This document shows, one piece after another, positions 1 through 13,345 of a stretch of 64,000 nucleotides of DNA. The notes under the pieces were generated by a model. That model was not told the origin of the DNA, ran no database searches, and saw nothing but the letters and a program-made list of their open reading frames with translations. Position 1 is the stretch's first letter; each line of letters begins with the position of its first letter. Source of the DNA: Eledone cirrhosa (lineage: Eukaryota); NCBI GenBank assembly GCA_964016885.1, contig OZ024755.1, forward strand, positions 21,142,001 to 21,206,000. The letters are read 5' to 3'. The position numbers and the translations under genes were made by a program.

Positions 1-131
1 ATTACTGCTAAAAATAAAGTTATCAGCCAAGATATAATTTTAATTTGATTCAGACCAGTTGTTCCACATGCAGCAAAGATGTCACAAAATATTTAGTACA
101 ACAGATGATATCATGAAACAACCTTTGTCCA

Positions 132-605
132 ATCATCATCATCATCTTCGTTCAACGTCCATTTTCCCACACTAGCATGAGTTAGACGAGTTGTGAGACA
201 AGCCAGGTCAGATGATCATGTCTTAATCATACAAAACTGATTTTGGCTTGGGTTCTATGGCTGGATACCCTTCCTAACACCAGCTACATTTACAGTGTGT
301 ACTGGGTCTTTTTGTTGTGACACCTACATGACCACTTTACAGTGTGGACTGGCTGCTTTTTGTTGTGACACCTACATGACCACTTTACAGTGTGTACTGG
401 GTCTTTTTGGTGTGACACCTACATGACCACTTTACAGTGTGTACTGGGTCTTTTTGTTGTGACACCTACATGACCACTTTACAGTGTGTACTGGGTCTTT
501 TTGTTGTGACACCTACATGACCACTTTACGGTGTGGACTGGCTGCTTTTTGTTGTGACACCTACATGACCACTTTACAGTGTGGACTGGCTGCTTTTTGT
601 TGTGT
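132..605 (-). repeat. RTE-type SINE/LINE 3' tail expanded into a 47-48 bp minisatellite (about 6.5 copies)
   Basis: (CAT)n tail and 'ggatacccttcctaacacc' motif, then unit tttacagtgtgtactgggtctttttgttgtgacacctacatgaccac with 'cacctacatg' at 321, 369, 416, 463, 510, 558. Confidence 0.85.
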
Positions 606-1952
606 CGAAATCCTCCATCAAAAACTTATGGAAGGTTGTTTTTATTGGAGTTTAGCCCCAAGCTTACATTGGTGGGGCAGAACTATAAACAAAAGTATTC
701 CAGCCATAGCTATCTCATATTTTAAGTGGTATGTCTAGAACAACATTGAATTGACAAACCCATCTTTAGATATTTTCTGCTGCATCATTGGAAGATGTTA
801 AGAGTTAAGATGGTAGTCTGTTATTTCTAGCAGATTATAAACTGTTCCGAGTCCTCATCATCCTCTTTCTCCTCCTCCTACTCCTCATTATCCTCTTTCT
901 CCTCCTCCTATTCCTAATCATCCTCTTTCTCCTCCTCATACTCCTAATCATCATCATCATCAGTTAACATCTATTTTTCCATGCTTATCATAATGTTTTT
1001 ATACTTAGGCACAAATAATGTTTTTTGTACTCTGGCACAAGGCTAAAGATTATGTGACTGCCACCAATGCATTACTGGTACATATTTTCTTTACTGTAAA
1101 GGATGAAAGCAAAAGTAATAAATAACTTCTGGTGGGAGTTTGAATTCGGAATGTAGATGGTCGAACTAAACATTGTAACTCACTTGAACCGAGTACTCTC
1201 TGCCATTTATGTCAGCTTAATGAAACACCATCTCAATGTTACATTGATGTAAGGAGTTGTATTTATGAGAAAAAAATTTATTCCCCCAACATAAGTCAGA
1301 TCAAAAGAATCTACAACAATTTGTACAAAATAGAAATAACTGTTAAAGAAACCAGCTAATTATGTGCAGGATTTTTGGTGCTTCTTTCTGAATGTCTAAA
1401 CATTTAAATTTCAGATTACTGAAGATTGTATATATTTGGTATTTATTGATGAATGTTGGGACATATTTTTTTTTTTTTTTTTTTTTTTACAGATCTTTCA
1501 GATCAAATAAACAAAACGAAAACAGATGCATACATATACATACGAACATACACATATATATGGACACACACATATATATATATGAATATCATGCTAGCAT
1601 GGAAAATGGATGTTAAATGGTGGTGATGATGATGACACACATGCTCTTCTACACACACACACACACACATATACACATGCTCTTCCTCTCACAAAAACCA
1701 TATCTTTTGATTAGCAACAGAGTTGTTGATTTTTATGAGGGAGTCATACAGTAAATTTGATTTGGCACTTATTTTATTCCTTGTGGAGAGATGAAAGAGA
1801 AAAACTGACCCATGGTGGGATATAAACAGTGAGGTAAGGTAAAGAAATTAATACCAAAAAGTAATGAAAGAACCAGTTAAAATACTAACTACACACACAC
1901 ATACACATACACATCTACACACACATACACATATAAACATACACACACACAC

Positions 1953-2052
1953 CATGAACTCGGCTGGTCTCGCTTGGGGATCCAGCTGGATCAGTTGGAA
2001 ACGGTTGCTTCTGACAGAACCTGCTGGAAGGAGTGTTTCAGGACTCTGCCCA
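1953..2052 (+). mobile_element. Rex3/Expander-like RTE LINE, 3' ORF fragment
   Basis: Alternative frame reads ELGWSRLGIQLDQLETVASDRTCWKECFRTLP; homologous to the reverse complement of about 33445-33540. Confidence 0.65.
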
Positions 2053-2185
2053 TCTTCACCCCTTACCTGTTTTTTTTATCATTACTTAATTTTGTTTTTA
2101 TCTTTTTTTGACAGCAAATAAGGCAACATGTATTATACTTTTGTTAACTACAGTTAGTAGAGACTAGACTCAAATGGAATACCTT

Positions 2186-2580
2186 TCTATCGTCTTGTTG
2201 TGTCCACAAGAGTATCAGTTACAATGCTTGGTTAGATGTGGTTCCTCTACAGCTGAACACATTGCTGTCCTTTCTCATTAAACTCTGCCAAGTCCAATGC
2301 TGTGCAGGGGTGTTCCAGCACGGGTCATATAAGAAGGTGCTGCATAGTCTGTGGTTCGATGCCGCAGTCACACACAACGTCCCCATCCTTTAAATATCCC
2401 CATTTTGCAAGAGTGACTTTTGCACGTCCAACACCAGATCTTAGTTTGTTTAGGCTTTTCCACACTGAATAATTTGTATCTGCTCCAGGGGGATAGTGCC
2501 TCGCTTGCTTTTAGCTCCATTGTTGTTACTGATGAGAATTTGTGAAGTCTTTCTTCCCAGAGTGACTCTTTCACTACTTA
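2186..2580 (-). mobile_element. Vingi/Ingi-clade LINE 3' end, degenerate
   Basis: Minus-strand translation WKSLNKLRSGVGRAKVTLAKWGYLKDGDVVCDCGIEPQTMQHLLI*PVLEHPCTALDL matches the C-terminal CxCG..QT..HLL.CP zinc motif of Vingi elements; contains stops and a frameshift. Confidence 0.75.
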
Positions 2581-2822
2581 TGCTTGATTATACCTTTCTA
2601 TAATCAAGCCATACTGTCACAAGGTTTTGATGCTGTTTTTTTTTTTCTGTTAACATCAAACAGCACAGGTTATCTCTCACATCTCCTCCTTTTCCTATCT
2701 GACCACCTACCTGCTCCTCAACCACAACCTTGTTGAATGCACAATGGTTTTGGGGAAATTGCTTGAAACAGCTTGTGTAAAGTTTACACAATGCACACAT
2801 GTACACACAAGCATAATGTACT

Positions 2823-2878
<56 letters not shown>

Positions 2879-2967
2879 CATACATACATATACATATATA
2901 TATAAGTACATTATGCTTGTGTATATGTGTGCATTGTATAAACTTTACACGCATACACATATATATA

Positions 2968-3009
<42 letters not shown>

Positions 3010-3331
3010 GTTAAAAGGTTGCACATTCTGTTGGAATCTTTTCTGTTGCATCTTACTACTTGGTTAAATAGTTTTAATACCAATTTATTTCTTTATGCAA
3101 TCTTAAAAGAAGACATATGTGTTAATGGATAAAAGAAAAAAAGGTAATTCAGCAAAGATTACATTTCACCTTTTTGGCAAGAAACGATGCACTTTGGCGA
3201 GTTCTTTACATGCAACCAAGCGGCTTCATGATAAGAAATGTGTTGAAGAAAAAAAATGTGCTTTGACTGCTATTTAGAAAGTAAAACAATTTAGTTAAAA
3301 CAAAACATCCCTGAAAGTTATAATATACCAC

Positions 3332-3395
<64 letters not shown>

Positions 3396-3424
3396 CAATG
3401 AGAGAAAGAGAAGAGTGTATATAC

Positions 3425-3475
<51 letters not shown>

Positions 3476-3486
3476 TATATATATTT

Positions 3487-3519
<33 letters not shown>

Positions 3520-3683
3520 CAGTAAAATTCCGTTATAAAGAAATTCATTGTCACAAAAAATTCTTTATAATGAGATCAACTGAAACAAATCAAGCTTTTG
3601 TTTATTACCTCGGGGATTGAAACAAATTTCGTTATACTGAAAAATTTGTTATAATGGTATTCGCTATAACAGAATTTTACCTG
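3520..3683. mobile_element. Tc1/mariner (Tigger/pogo-like) MITE
   Basis: Imperfect TIRs CAGTAAAATTCCGTTATA / TATAACAGAATTTTACCTG flanked by TA. Confidence 0.7.
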
Positions 3684-3697
3684 TATATATATAGTCC

Positions 3698-3815
3698 TTT
3701 ATAGGAAGGACTTCTATATGATTAGAACTGTTTCATTCTTAAGATATCACCAGGAAAGTCCTGATGAATTCTTATAAATGAAACAGTTCTAGTCCTGTAG
3801 AAGTTATTTCTATAA
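3698..3815. repeat. Hairpin with a hammerhead-like core on each arm (Penelope-like remnant)
   Basis: Arms cttctatatgattagaactgtttcatt / aatgaaacagttctagtcctgtagaag; CTGATGA at 3761 and GAAAC at 3780. Confidence 0.55.
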
Positions 3816-3904
3816 TAAAATAAGTATGCCTCTACTCTGCTCACGTATATTGAGTACCTTTTTTAACTGTGGTCACCTCTTGATATACGTCAGGAATCCA
3901 CCTA

Positions 3905-3942
<38 letters not shown>

Positions 3943-4307
3943 ATTTAGGCACAGTTGTTTTTGTGGTTGCCTATTTTCCTGGTTGGATACTCTTCCTAGT
4001 ACCAACTCCCTTACAGGGTGTACTGAGTGTATTTTTTTTTTTTTACTTGTAACCAGCACTACCACTTTACAGAGTCTATTAGAAGAGAGAAACATTTTAT
4101 TATGACACCAACGCTAGAGAGGTTGTCACTTAGATGTTCCTTCTTCCTGAAGAGTCCTCTCAAACCCTATATAATCTCCGTTAAGTCCTCATCACTGTAG
4201 CTTCCTATACATAGTTATAAAAACATCAAGACAACTAATTTATTTCTTTTTAACTTCCCAACACGATCTTAGATATTTGTATAATTTATGTTAAAATATC
4301 CAAGTCT

Positions 4308-4676
4308 TTAACCCTTTCCCGACTGCATTTCTAATGAAATACACTCTATTTTAATTAATAAAGAATTTTGAGAGATTTCCTAAAATTATTAATTATTTCA
4401 TTAGTAAGATAGCAACCTAATCTAAGATTTTTATATAAAATTATGTTGGAAGATTTTAATTTAAATCAGAAACTTTTAAAATTGATGGTTTTATTTCATA
4501 GAACCAGAGCCGGTTTGGGCCAGGCTGGTAAGATTTCACTGCTCTAACATCAATCAAAACCTAATGTAAGGTTCTTATATAAAAAGATGTTGGAAGATTT
4601 TAAACCTTTTAAAATGAGTGGTTTTATTTCATAGAACCAGAGCCGGTTTTGGCCAGGTTAGTAACTAAAGGGTTAA
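4308..4676. mobile_element. piggyBac-like MITE (family B) with an internal duplication
   Basis: Starts TTAACCCTTT and ends AAAGGGTTAA; related copies near 31210, 31820, 49290, 55196, 61300. Confidence 0.75.
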
Positions 4677-5557
4677 ACCTCAACCCACCTAAAACTTCTT
4701 TAATTAAAATGTTCAATTTTAAATTCAAATCTTCGTCAGCAATCTCATTATTACATGACAGATATTATTAGGTTTCAGTTGGTAATTTCTTAATTTTTGT
4801 TTTATTAAGTTAAAAGTTAAGATATTTCACCAAAACTCTCATAATTCTTGATTATTTTGATAATCAAAATAGAAAGACAGTATGTTCTTTGTTAGAAATC
4901 TGATCATAAAAGGGTTAGATAGATACATTAGAATATCATGAAAGAGTAAACTCACTAAAACTGTTGCATTTAATGGTCAAATAATATTTCTTAGTTCACA
5001 GAAAAGAGAGAGTGTAATGTCAAGATAACAACAGTCGTTAAATATAGACGGTAGTGAACTATTCTTAGAATATGGATAGTCTTCGGTATACTGATTGGTT
5101 AATATAAATAGATGTCTTTAAATAGAACTGTGGAACAGAAATGGAAGGTTGATTCATTTTGGAAACACACACACACACACACACACACAATACACTTAGA
5201 CATATATCATTGTGTATGTGTGTATATATACTTACATACATACATATATATATATGCACACACACACACACATGCATATATATAGATATATATATGCAGA
5301 CACATACATTATATATGTAATCATTTTCATCAGTTACTATCCATTTTAGGAGACAATGGAAATTTTTTCTTTACCATAATTATTCTTTCTCTTCTTTCTC
5401 TTTCTTCTTTCTCTCCCTCCCTCATATCTTCATACGCCATCATTATACTGCTGTATTGTATGTAATGATTATATAAGCCTACTTGTAAGTAGCTATCTTT
5501 AATACACCTACCAAAGGTGAACACTGAGTTAATTTCTTTCCATTTTTGTCTCTTTAG

Positions 5558-5623
5558 AACCCAAATCTCATTTTCATCATCATCCGATATTTTTCATCCT
5601 TTTCTTTACAACATACCACCAAG
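5558..5623 (+). CDS. Candidate 66-nt internal exon of an unidentified host gene
   Basis: Polypyrimidine acceptor tttttgtctctttag, donor AAG|gtaatt, length a multiple of 3, open in all three frames (phase 2 reads TQISFSSSSDIFHPFLYNIPP). Confidence 0.4.
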
Positions 5624-6359
5624 GTAATTGGTTTAATGGTATGATATGATGCTGTGTCTCTCATCCTTTCCCTTACAACATACCACCAAGGTAATTGGTT
5701 TAATGGTATGATATGATGTTGTGTCTCTCATCCTTTCCCTTACAACATACCACCAAGGTAATTGGTTTAATGGTATGATGTGATGCTGTGTCTCTCATCC
5801 TTTTCTTTACAACATACCACCAAGGTAATTGGATTAATGGTATGATATGATGCTGTGTCTCTCATCCTTTTCTTTACAACATACCACCAAGGTAATTGGT
5901 TTAATGGTATGATATGATGTTGTGTCTCTCATCCTTTCCCTTACAACATACCACCAAGGTAATTGGTTTAATGGTATGATGTGATGTTGTGTCTCTCATC
6001 CTTTCCCTTACAACATACCACCAAGGTAATTGGTTTAATGGTATGATGTGATGTTGTGTCTCTCATCCTTTTCTTTACAACATACCACCAAGGTAATTGG
6101 TTTAATGGTATGATATGATGTTGTGTCTCTCATCCTTTCCCTTACAACATACCACCAAGGTAATTGGTTTAATGGTATGATGTGATGTTGTGTCTCTCAT
6201 CCTTTCCCTTACAACATACCACCAAGGTAATTGGTTTAATGGTATGATGTGATGTTGTGTCTCTCATCCTTTCCCTTACAACATACCACCAAGGTAATTG
6301 GTTTAATAGTATGATGTGATGCTGTGTCTTTCATCCTTTCTCTTACAACATACCACCAA
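5594..6359. repeat. 67 bp minisatellite, about 11.4 copies
   Basis: aaggtaattgg recurs every 67 nt from 5621 to 6291. Confidence 0.95.
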
Positions 6360-6767
6360 TGCTAAAATATCTGAAAGCAGTTTCTGGTGCTATGTTGTCT
6401 ACATAGACCAATGCTAAAATATCTGAAAGCAATTAAAACAGATCTTAATTATTTGTAATTTAATTTTAATGTATTCACCACTATTATGTCACTGGAATGA
6501 TGCAACATTAATGAATTTTTCTTTAGACAAATCATTGTCATCATCATTTATCACCACCATCACTACCATCATTGCCACCACCAACACCAACACCACCCTC
6601 ACTGCCACCGCCCAAACCATCACCACTATCACCACCACCATCATCATTACCACTATCACCATCACTGCTACCACCATATATAGTAGTAAGACATGGGAAG
6701 TGAACATAGAGGACATACAATGGCTGGAGAGAAATTTCACAATATTTCACATTGATTTAATTATTAG

Positions 6768-6955
6768 ATCGGTAGATGGTCGGACGCCATGCTTTGAAGC
6801 ATAGAGTTATCTCCCTGTATGATCTGAGTTCAAATCCCGCCGAGGTTAACTTTGCCTTTCATCCTTACGGGGGTCGATAAAATAAAGTACCAGTAATGCA
6901 CTGGGATAATTGCTGGACTTGTGCCAAAAGTAGAAACAATTATTATTATTATTAT
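6768..6955 (+). mobile_element. tRNA-derived SINE with Meta-like central domain
   Basis: B box gagttcaaatccc, central gcctttcatccttacgggggtcgataaaataaagtaccag, (ATT)n tail. Confidence 0.8.
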
Positions 6956-7237
6956 TTAGTTTTAAATGCGATTTAAAAAAAAAAAGCTTTACTATAAACA
7001 ACAATATTATTTGATTGATGACATTAAGATAAGATAATCTGCTGTCATTGATAGCTTATTGATATATCATGTATTAAGGTTTGATGGCTCATTGAACTCA
7101 TTAGAACTGTCTGAGATATCGTCACATGATGTTGTAAGTGGTCTTATCTAAAGATATTATTAAGAAGCCACTTCCTGATTAATATTCTGGCTGGTTGCCA
7201 TTTTTAGCAATACATCTGATTATAAACTCTACACCCC

Positions 7238-7296
<59 letters not shown>

Positions 7297-7673
7297 CATA
7301 CACAAAAGCTTATTTTTCACTGAAAACAAAATGAGAAACTCTTTCCCAGGTAAGGGTAGTGCATTTATTATATAGCATTAAGTTCCATTATATCAGGTGA
7401 TCTGACAGGAAGAGCTGCAGTTCCAGTGATATATGGCCACAACTGATGACTAGAATCCATTTGATACTGTTGTATACATGCTTCAGTAATTTATATAATC
7501 CATTTGTCTTCCATTTTCCAAACTCATTTCCAGATATCCCCTTATTTTCTCTTGTTTTTATGTATTTTTTATGCTAACAAAAGTAACATGTTTGTGGCCA
7601 ATTATTCTAAATCCTTCACAAGAAGGAGAAGGTGGGGAGAAGGAATTTCTTTTTTTTTTTTGTTTATTCACAG

Positions 7674-7695
7674 ATTTCTTATTAATGTTCTATGA
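7674..7695 (+). CDS. Possible terminal exon coding part (phase 2 reads FLINVL*)
   Basis: Strong acceptor (T)n-gtttattcacag, phase-compatible with 5558-5623; no other support. Confidence 0.2.
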
Positions 7696-8269
7696 AGAAG
7701 TCTGAAATATTTTCATTGAAACTGAAAGAAAATATCTCTGTTGGATTATTAGAACATCTCGGAATATTTTCTGCTTGTGTAATGAATCAAAAACAAGACA
7801 GCCTAATGGATCCCATTTCTCTTCAAGCTGTAAACTGTGAGTGGACACAGCCAAGGCTATATAGTTCAAATGTTTGCTTTACAATCATAAGGTCCTGGGT
7901 TTGATCCCTCTGTAAGGTATTTTGGACAAATGGTATTTTCCATAGCCTCAGAAACACCCAAGCCTTGTGGGTAAGATTGGGTAAACAGAAGCTGTTTGGA
8001 ACCCATCAGATGGACTGTTCCTGTATTTCAAAAGGACCAACCTTGTCACTTATGCAAGTGTCCATGTAGATGTGTAGATGTGAATAACAGATTATGGTAC
8101 TTTTTAGGAATGCAAGCTACCTTTCTTTTAAATTTTGGTTACTTAAAAATTCTAATTATTAAAGGTAAGAATCCAATTTAATATTATATTAAGTTTTGAA
8201 CTGATTAAATTGGAACCTACATACAGGCAATCCTTGTGTGTGTGTGTATATATAATATATATATGTAGG

Positions 8270-8690
8270 TGACACGACAAAAAGCACCCAGTCCTAAAGT
8301 ATTGTGTAGGAGACACAGTAAAAAGGCTCCCAGTCTACACTGTAAATGTGGTTGGTGTTAGGAAGGTCATCCAGTCGTAGAAAACCTGCCAGAGACATGG
8401 TCTCCCAAGCGAGACATGGTCTCCCGACCAATTTCGCCTCAAGTGGCACAAAACCGTACAACCCATGCTAGCGTGGAAGATGGACGTTAAGCGATGATGA
8501 TGATGATATATAATCATTATTTAACGTCCATTTCCATGCTAGCATGGGTTAAACAGGTTGCACTGTTGAGAGACAAGCCAGGTCCAATGACTATGACTTG
8601 CTCTTACAGGACTGGTTTTGGCTTGATTTCTATGGCTGGGTGTCCTTCTTAACACCAACCACATTTGCAGTGAGTGCTGGGTTCTTTTTG
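8270..8690. mobile_element. Two RTE-tail fragments in tail-to-tail orientation
   Basis: ggttggtgttaggaagg...ggacgttaagcgatgatg on +, followed by a reverse-complement copy from about 8515. Confidence 0.75.
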
Positions 8691-9688
8691 ACATTGGTGG
8701 CTTTTGAGTGCAGAGAGCAAAAACAAATATTGGGACATTTGATCTGACACTCTAACAACTCTACCACTTCTCTGCCTGGAATTAAGATCATATAGAAACT
8801 TTATTCATTTTTTATTGCTTGATTTGAAATATATCTCTTTGGTTTATTTCTTTGGAAATGACAGATAAATTTAGAGTAGAAATAAAAGCTAATATAACAA
8901 CTGTGTAGAAATAAAACGTGATATAACAACAACAGAATACATTTCTCTTCTGTTTTAATCCTATTTAACTGTATTTGTTATTAAACCAATCTAAAAATTA
9001 TCTATGATCAATTTTTTCTTCTTTTTTTTCTCAGTTGCTAAAAGCAGCATTAAATTTGTCTTTCCACTTGTTCAGCTTATCTTAATACTTGGATATTTTT
9101 AATAGAGTAACAATTTCAGGGTAAAAAACAAAACACACAAAAAGAAAAAAATGGAATTGAGTTACAAAAAGAGGAAAACATTATACAAAAAAAAAACAAT
9201 AAAAAAATGTAATAAAAACAAATAAATTGTATATTCTAAAAGCATTATATAATTAAATATTAAATATTTTCTATATTTATTCTATAATTCTAGCTTAATT
9301 CATAAAAAAAGAAAGAATTTTATTACATTTTTAGGATGGTGGATAAGCAGACTTGTTAGAGCATCTGACAAATCCTTTGTAGTATTGGTTCTGTCATTTT
9401 ATATTAATCATCATCATCATCATCACACGTCTATTTTTCCAAACTAGCATGGGTTTGAGTTCAAATCTCCCCAAGATTGACTTTTCCGTGAAAAGAAAAA
9501 TTGACTTCGGCAGAATTTGAATTCAGGATGTAAAGGGCCAGAATAAATCCCACAAGATACTTTTGTTCTACACCTTAAATCCTTTTATCCCCTGATCTGG
9601 GCATTTTATCTCCTGATCTGGACATTTTGTCCTCTGGTTTAGATATTTTGTTCTTTGCTTGAAAAACATTTGTATTATCAGCTATCAT

Positions 9689-9762
<74 letters not shown>

Positions 9763-9961
9763 TTAAGGATACTATTTATGGTTATGTATATACTAAAACC
9801 TTTTATAGTTATATATATTTTATACCTTAAATAGTGAAAGACAGTAATTTATTACTATCTTATTACCAGTAAGATAAATAGCTCAATGTAACAACATCAG
9901 TTGTTTTACAGAGCAGTTATATAGAGATTACATGAAACAAAGTTCTGTTTAAATCATTTAT

Positions 9962-10010
9962 TTGCTTACAATTGTTTCTTCCAAACCGAGGTTTGGAGTC
10001 TTCGGAGCAA
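9962..10010 (-). ncRNA. Minimal type I hammerhead ribozyme-like motif
   Basis: Minus strand reads TTGCT-CCGAAGA-C-TCCAAAC(CTCG)GTTTGGA-A-GAAA-C(AATT)G-TA-AGCAA: perfect 5 bp helix I, 7 bp helix II, palindromic helix III, GUA site; core has CC in place of CU. Confidence 0.65.
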
Positions 10011-10289
10011 TTATTCAGTGATTTTTAACATACTTGACCTCCTTATCAACACAAGAGACATATATATATATATGCATATATAAATTTATATATATAGTAA
10101 TAAGAAATATTTATATATGTTTCATACAACTATAAATATGGAGGGTAGTACTAAGTACTAGCCAGTTACCTGTATGACAAAAGGCTCAATGCAAAATTTT
10201 CAAGTGTTTTACAGAGCCAAGATACAAAGTGTTAAAACGATCAAATTTTAGTTTATAACATTTATTTGCTGACAATTATATATATATAT

Positions 10290-10755
10290 ATTTACACCTT
10301 ACCAAGACAATGTCACTGGACCGAGACCTTTGGCGGTACTCAGTAATAGAGAAGACCCGCCTTACCTAAATACAAAGTAAAACCTACTACAGTCAGTAGG
10401 CATCTCTAACAAAATACACCCCCGTCCCACCACCCCATCCACACCGCCCCCCTTCTATGTAAAGTTATGTTGGTGCCACACCATCCAGGCCGAAACAAAT
10501 GAGATCGTGTAGGTGTCACGACAAAAAAACACACAGTCCACGCTGTAATGTGGCCGTGTAGGCAACACGGTAAAAACCTCCCAGACCCACACTGTAAATG
10601 TGGTTTGTGTTAGGAAGGGCATCCAACTGTAGAAAACCTGCCAGACAGTCCTATGCGAGCAAGACAACCACTCTTGCCTCAAGTGGGAAAAGCCCCGTCC
10701 AAACCCATGCAAGCGTGGAACACGGACGTTAAACGATGATGATGATGATGATGAT
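10290..10755 (+). mobile_element. RTE LINE 3' end (ORF tail, 3' UTR, (GAT)n)
   Basis: Reads LHLTKTMSLDRDLWRYSVIEKTRLT*; homologous to the reverse complement of 53040-53525. Confidence 0.8.
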
Positions 10756-11198
10756 ATATATATATAATGATGGTAGTTGTGGTGGCAGTGATGATGATGA
10801 TGTCAGCCATTTTGTTGAGCTAATAATAAATACGTTATTTTATAAAAAGAATACAGAATCTCAAAGAAAATAAGAGCGTTATGACAAATAGATTATGTTG
10901 CTTGTTCAATAGGTATGGGCTTGTACTGTCCTACAGTTGATAACATTTTCAAACTAATTATGTCTTAGACTATTTTCTTTGTTACACTAACAAGGCTTCT
11001 GTTTTCTACTAGTATTTGTGTCTTGTCTTTTATTGTTGCATGGCAATAAGAGTAATAGCAGTTATAGTTGTAGTTGTAACAATAACAAGACTATCAGAAG
11101 TAGAGGAGCAACAGCAGCTGTATAACTTCTTTATGAATTTTACATTAAAAAACACATAGATTCATACTTACATACACACACACACACACACACACACA

Positions 11199-11266
11199 CG
11201 TGTTAGTGTAATGGTAGCACAGTGTTCTGGATAACCAAAGATGTGGGTTCGACTCCCATGTACATC
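11199..11266 (+). pseudogene. tRNA-like sequence (tRNA pseudogene or SINE head)
   Basis: A box tagtgtaatgg, T arm/B box gtgggttcgactcccat; anticodon arm does not fold well. Confidence 0.5.
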
Positions 11267-11387
11267 AATACTCATCCTTTTCCATTTTTTAGAGGGTTTT
11301 AAACCCTACTATCAGGCTAAGATTCCTTTAGTCAAAAATACGGCGAAAGCTTCTATTTCTACTAAATTTCATATATATCATCATTTC

Positions 11388-11655
11388 ATCATCATTTCAT
11401 TTTACGTCCGCTTTTTCCCTGCTTGCAAGGGTGGGACGGGAACTGATTCTGGCTTGATTTCTACAGCTGGATGCCCTTCCTAACACCAACCTCATTTACA
11501 GTGAGTGCTGGGTGCTTTTTTGCCGTGGCACCTCCACGACCACTTTGCAGTGGAATGATAGGGACCCCAGTCCCTATCATCTTATTTCTACAGCTGAGTA
11601 AACTGGAGCAATGTGAAATAAAGTGTCTTGCTCAAGGAAACAACACATCACCCGG

Positions 11656-11660
<5 letters not shown>
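11388..11660 (-). mobile_element. tRNA-CORE SINE with RTE tail, 5' truncated
   Basis: Nearly identical to 52221-52560. Confidence 0.85.
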
Positions 11661-11732
<72 letters not shown>

Positions 11733-12050
11733 ATAAATGAAACTACCATTCCATAACCAACTTAGCTCAGTTGGATGTGTAACCTCCAAGCTTGAAACAA
11801 ATGCATCAATCTTCTGGAATATATCAGCTTCTGGAAAAACAAAATTATGCTACTTTGAATTTTGGTTAAAATTCTTCCTCTATGTCTGGGTGTTTTTGCA
11901 TAATGTGATGAATACACATAACTAATATAGTAATGGGGGGAAAAAAGCATAGAATGGAATAGAATAGAATGAAAAATAAAAATTAGTATGAGAGTTATTT
12001 TTATGCTTTCCTTTAGTAGTTGTTTCCTTTACACACACACACACACGCAC

Positions 12051-12133
<83 letters not shown>

Positions 12134-12849
12134 CACATACATATATATACATTAATATCAACTGCCATATTGCTAGCTATTAGATATGAAAGAAAGACAA
12201 AAAAAATTGAAGGTATTTTTCATTAAATAATATTTTCCATCAGAATATTTTCAATCTCCAATGATTTTCTAATCAAAAGTAGATATCTGCTGTTGAGCAT
12301 TTTGTTATCTACAAATTCCTTTTATCCCTCTCATTATCTTACTATTTCTTTATCTCATGTATTTATTATTCAATCTCACAATTTCTCATAATATATTAAA
12401 ATCTACAAATTCTTTCTTACCATTTTTTTCTTTCCAGATTCCTTACTCATAACAACTACACATTTCTGTTTGCTCTGGTTTTGTCGTTAAAAAACTTTCT
12501 CTTCCCTAAACAAATTTACATAACCTTTCTTTTTAATCCTTACTCTAAAATTTGGACTGTTTTTTCATTTATTTGTCCTTCAACATATTCATTGTTTAAT
12601 CACCAATAAACAACTATTGTCTGCTCCATCACTTTTGATCAGTCATTATCAATGTCATTAATTATTTTTATGTGTGTAATATATGCTATTTTCGATGAAG
12701 TATGTCTACACAATTGTCTCTTTTCTCCATTTTATCCCATCTTTATTTCCTCTCTCAATTCTATCTGCTATTGCAGAATCAACTCTTCAACTATTATGTT
12801 TGTTTGTTTTTTGTTTGTTTTGTTTTGTTTTGTTTTTCCTCTGCTATCT

Positions 12850-13345
12850 ACTAACTACCAGCCTATGAAATCTGTAGTTCTTTCTTCTACTATCTGCTAA
12901 CTACCAGCCTATGAAATCTGTAGTTCTCTCCTCTGCTATATACTAACTTACTACCAGCCTGTGAAATCTGTAGTTCTTTCCTCTACTATCTGCTAACTAC
13001 CAGCCTATGAAATCTGTAGTTCTCTCCTCTGCTATATACTAACTTACTACCAGCCTATGAAATCTGTAGTTCTTTCCTCTACTATCTGCTAACTACCAGC
13101 CTATGAAATCTGTAGTTCTCTCCTCTGCTATATACTAACTTACTACCAGCCTATGAAATCTGTAGTTCTTTCCTCTACTATCTGCTAACTACCAGCCTAT
13201 GAAATCTGTAGTTCTCTCCTCTGCTATATACTAACTTACTACCAGCCTGTGAAATCTGTAGTTCTTTCCTCTACTATTTGCTAACTACCAGCCTATGAAA
13301 TCTGTAGTTCTCTCTTCTGCTATATACTAATTTACTACCAGTCTA
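12850..13345. repeat. Minisatellite of alternating 46 and 50 bp monomers (96 bp higher-order unit, about 5 copies)
   Basis: ctaccagcctatgaaatctgtagttct followed alternately by ttcctctactatctgctaa or ctcctctgctatatactaactta. Confidence 0.9.
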
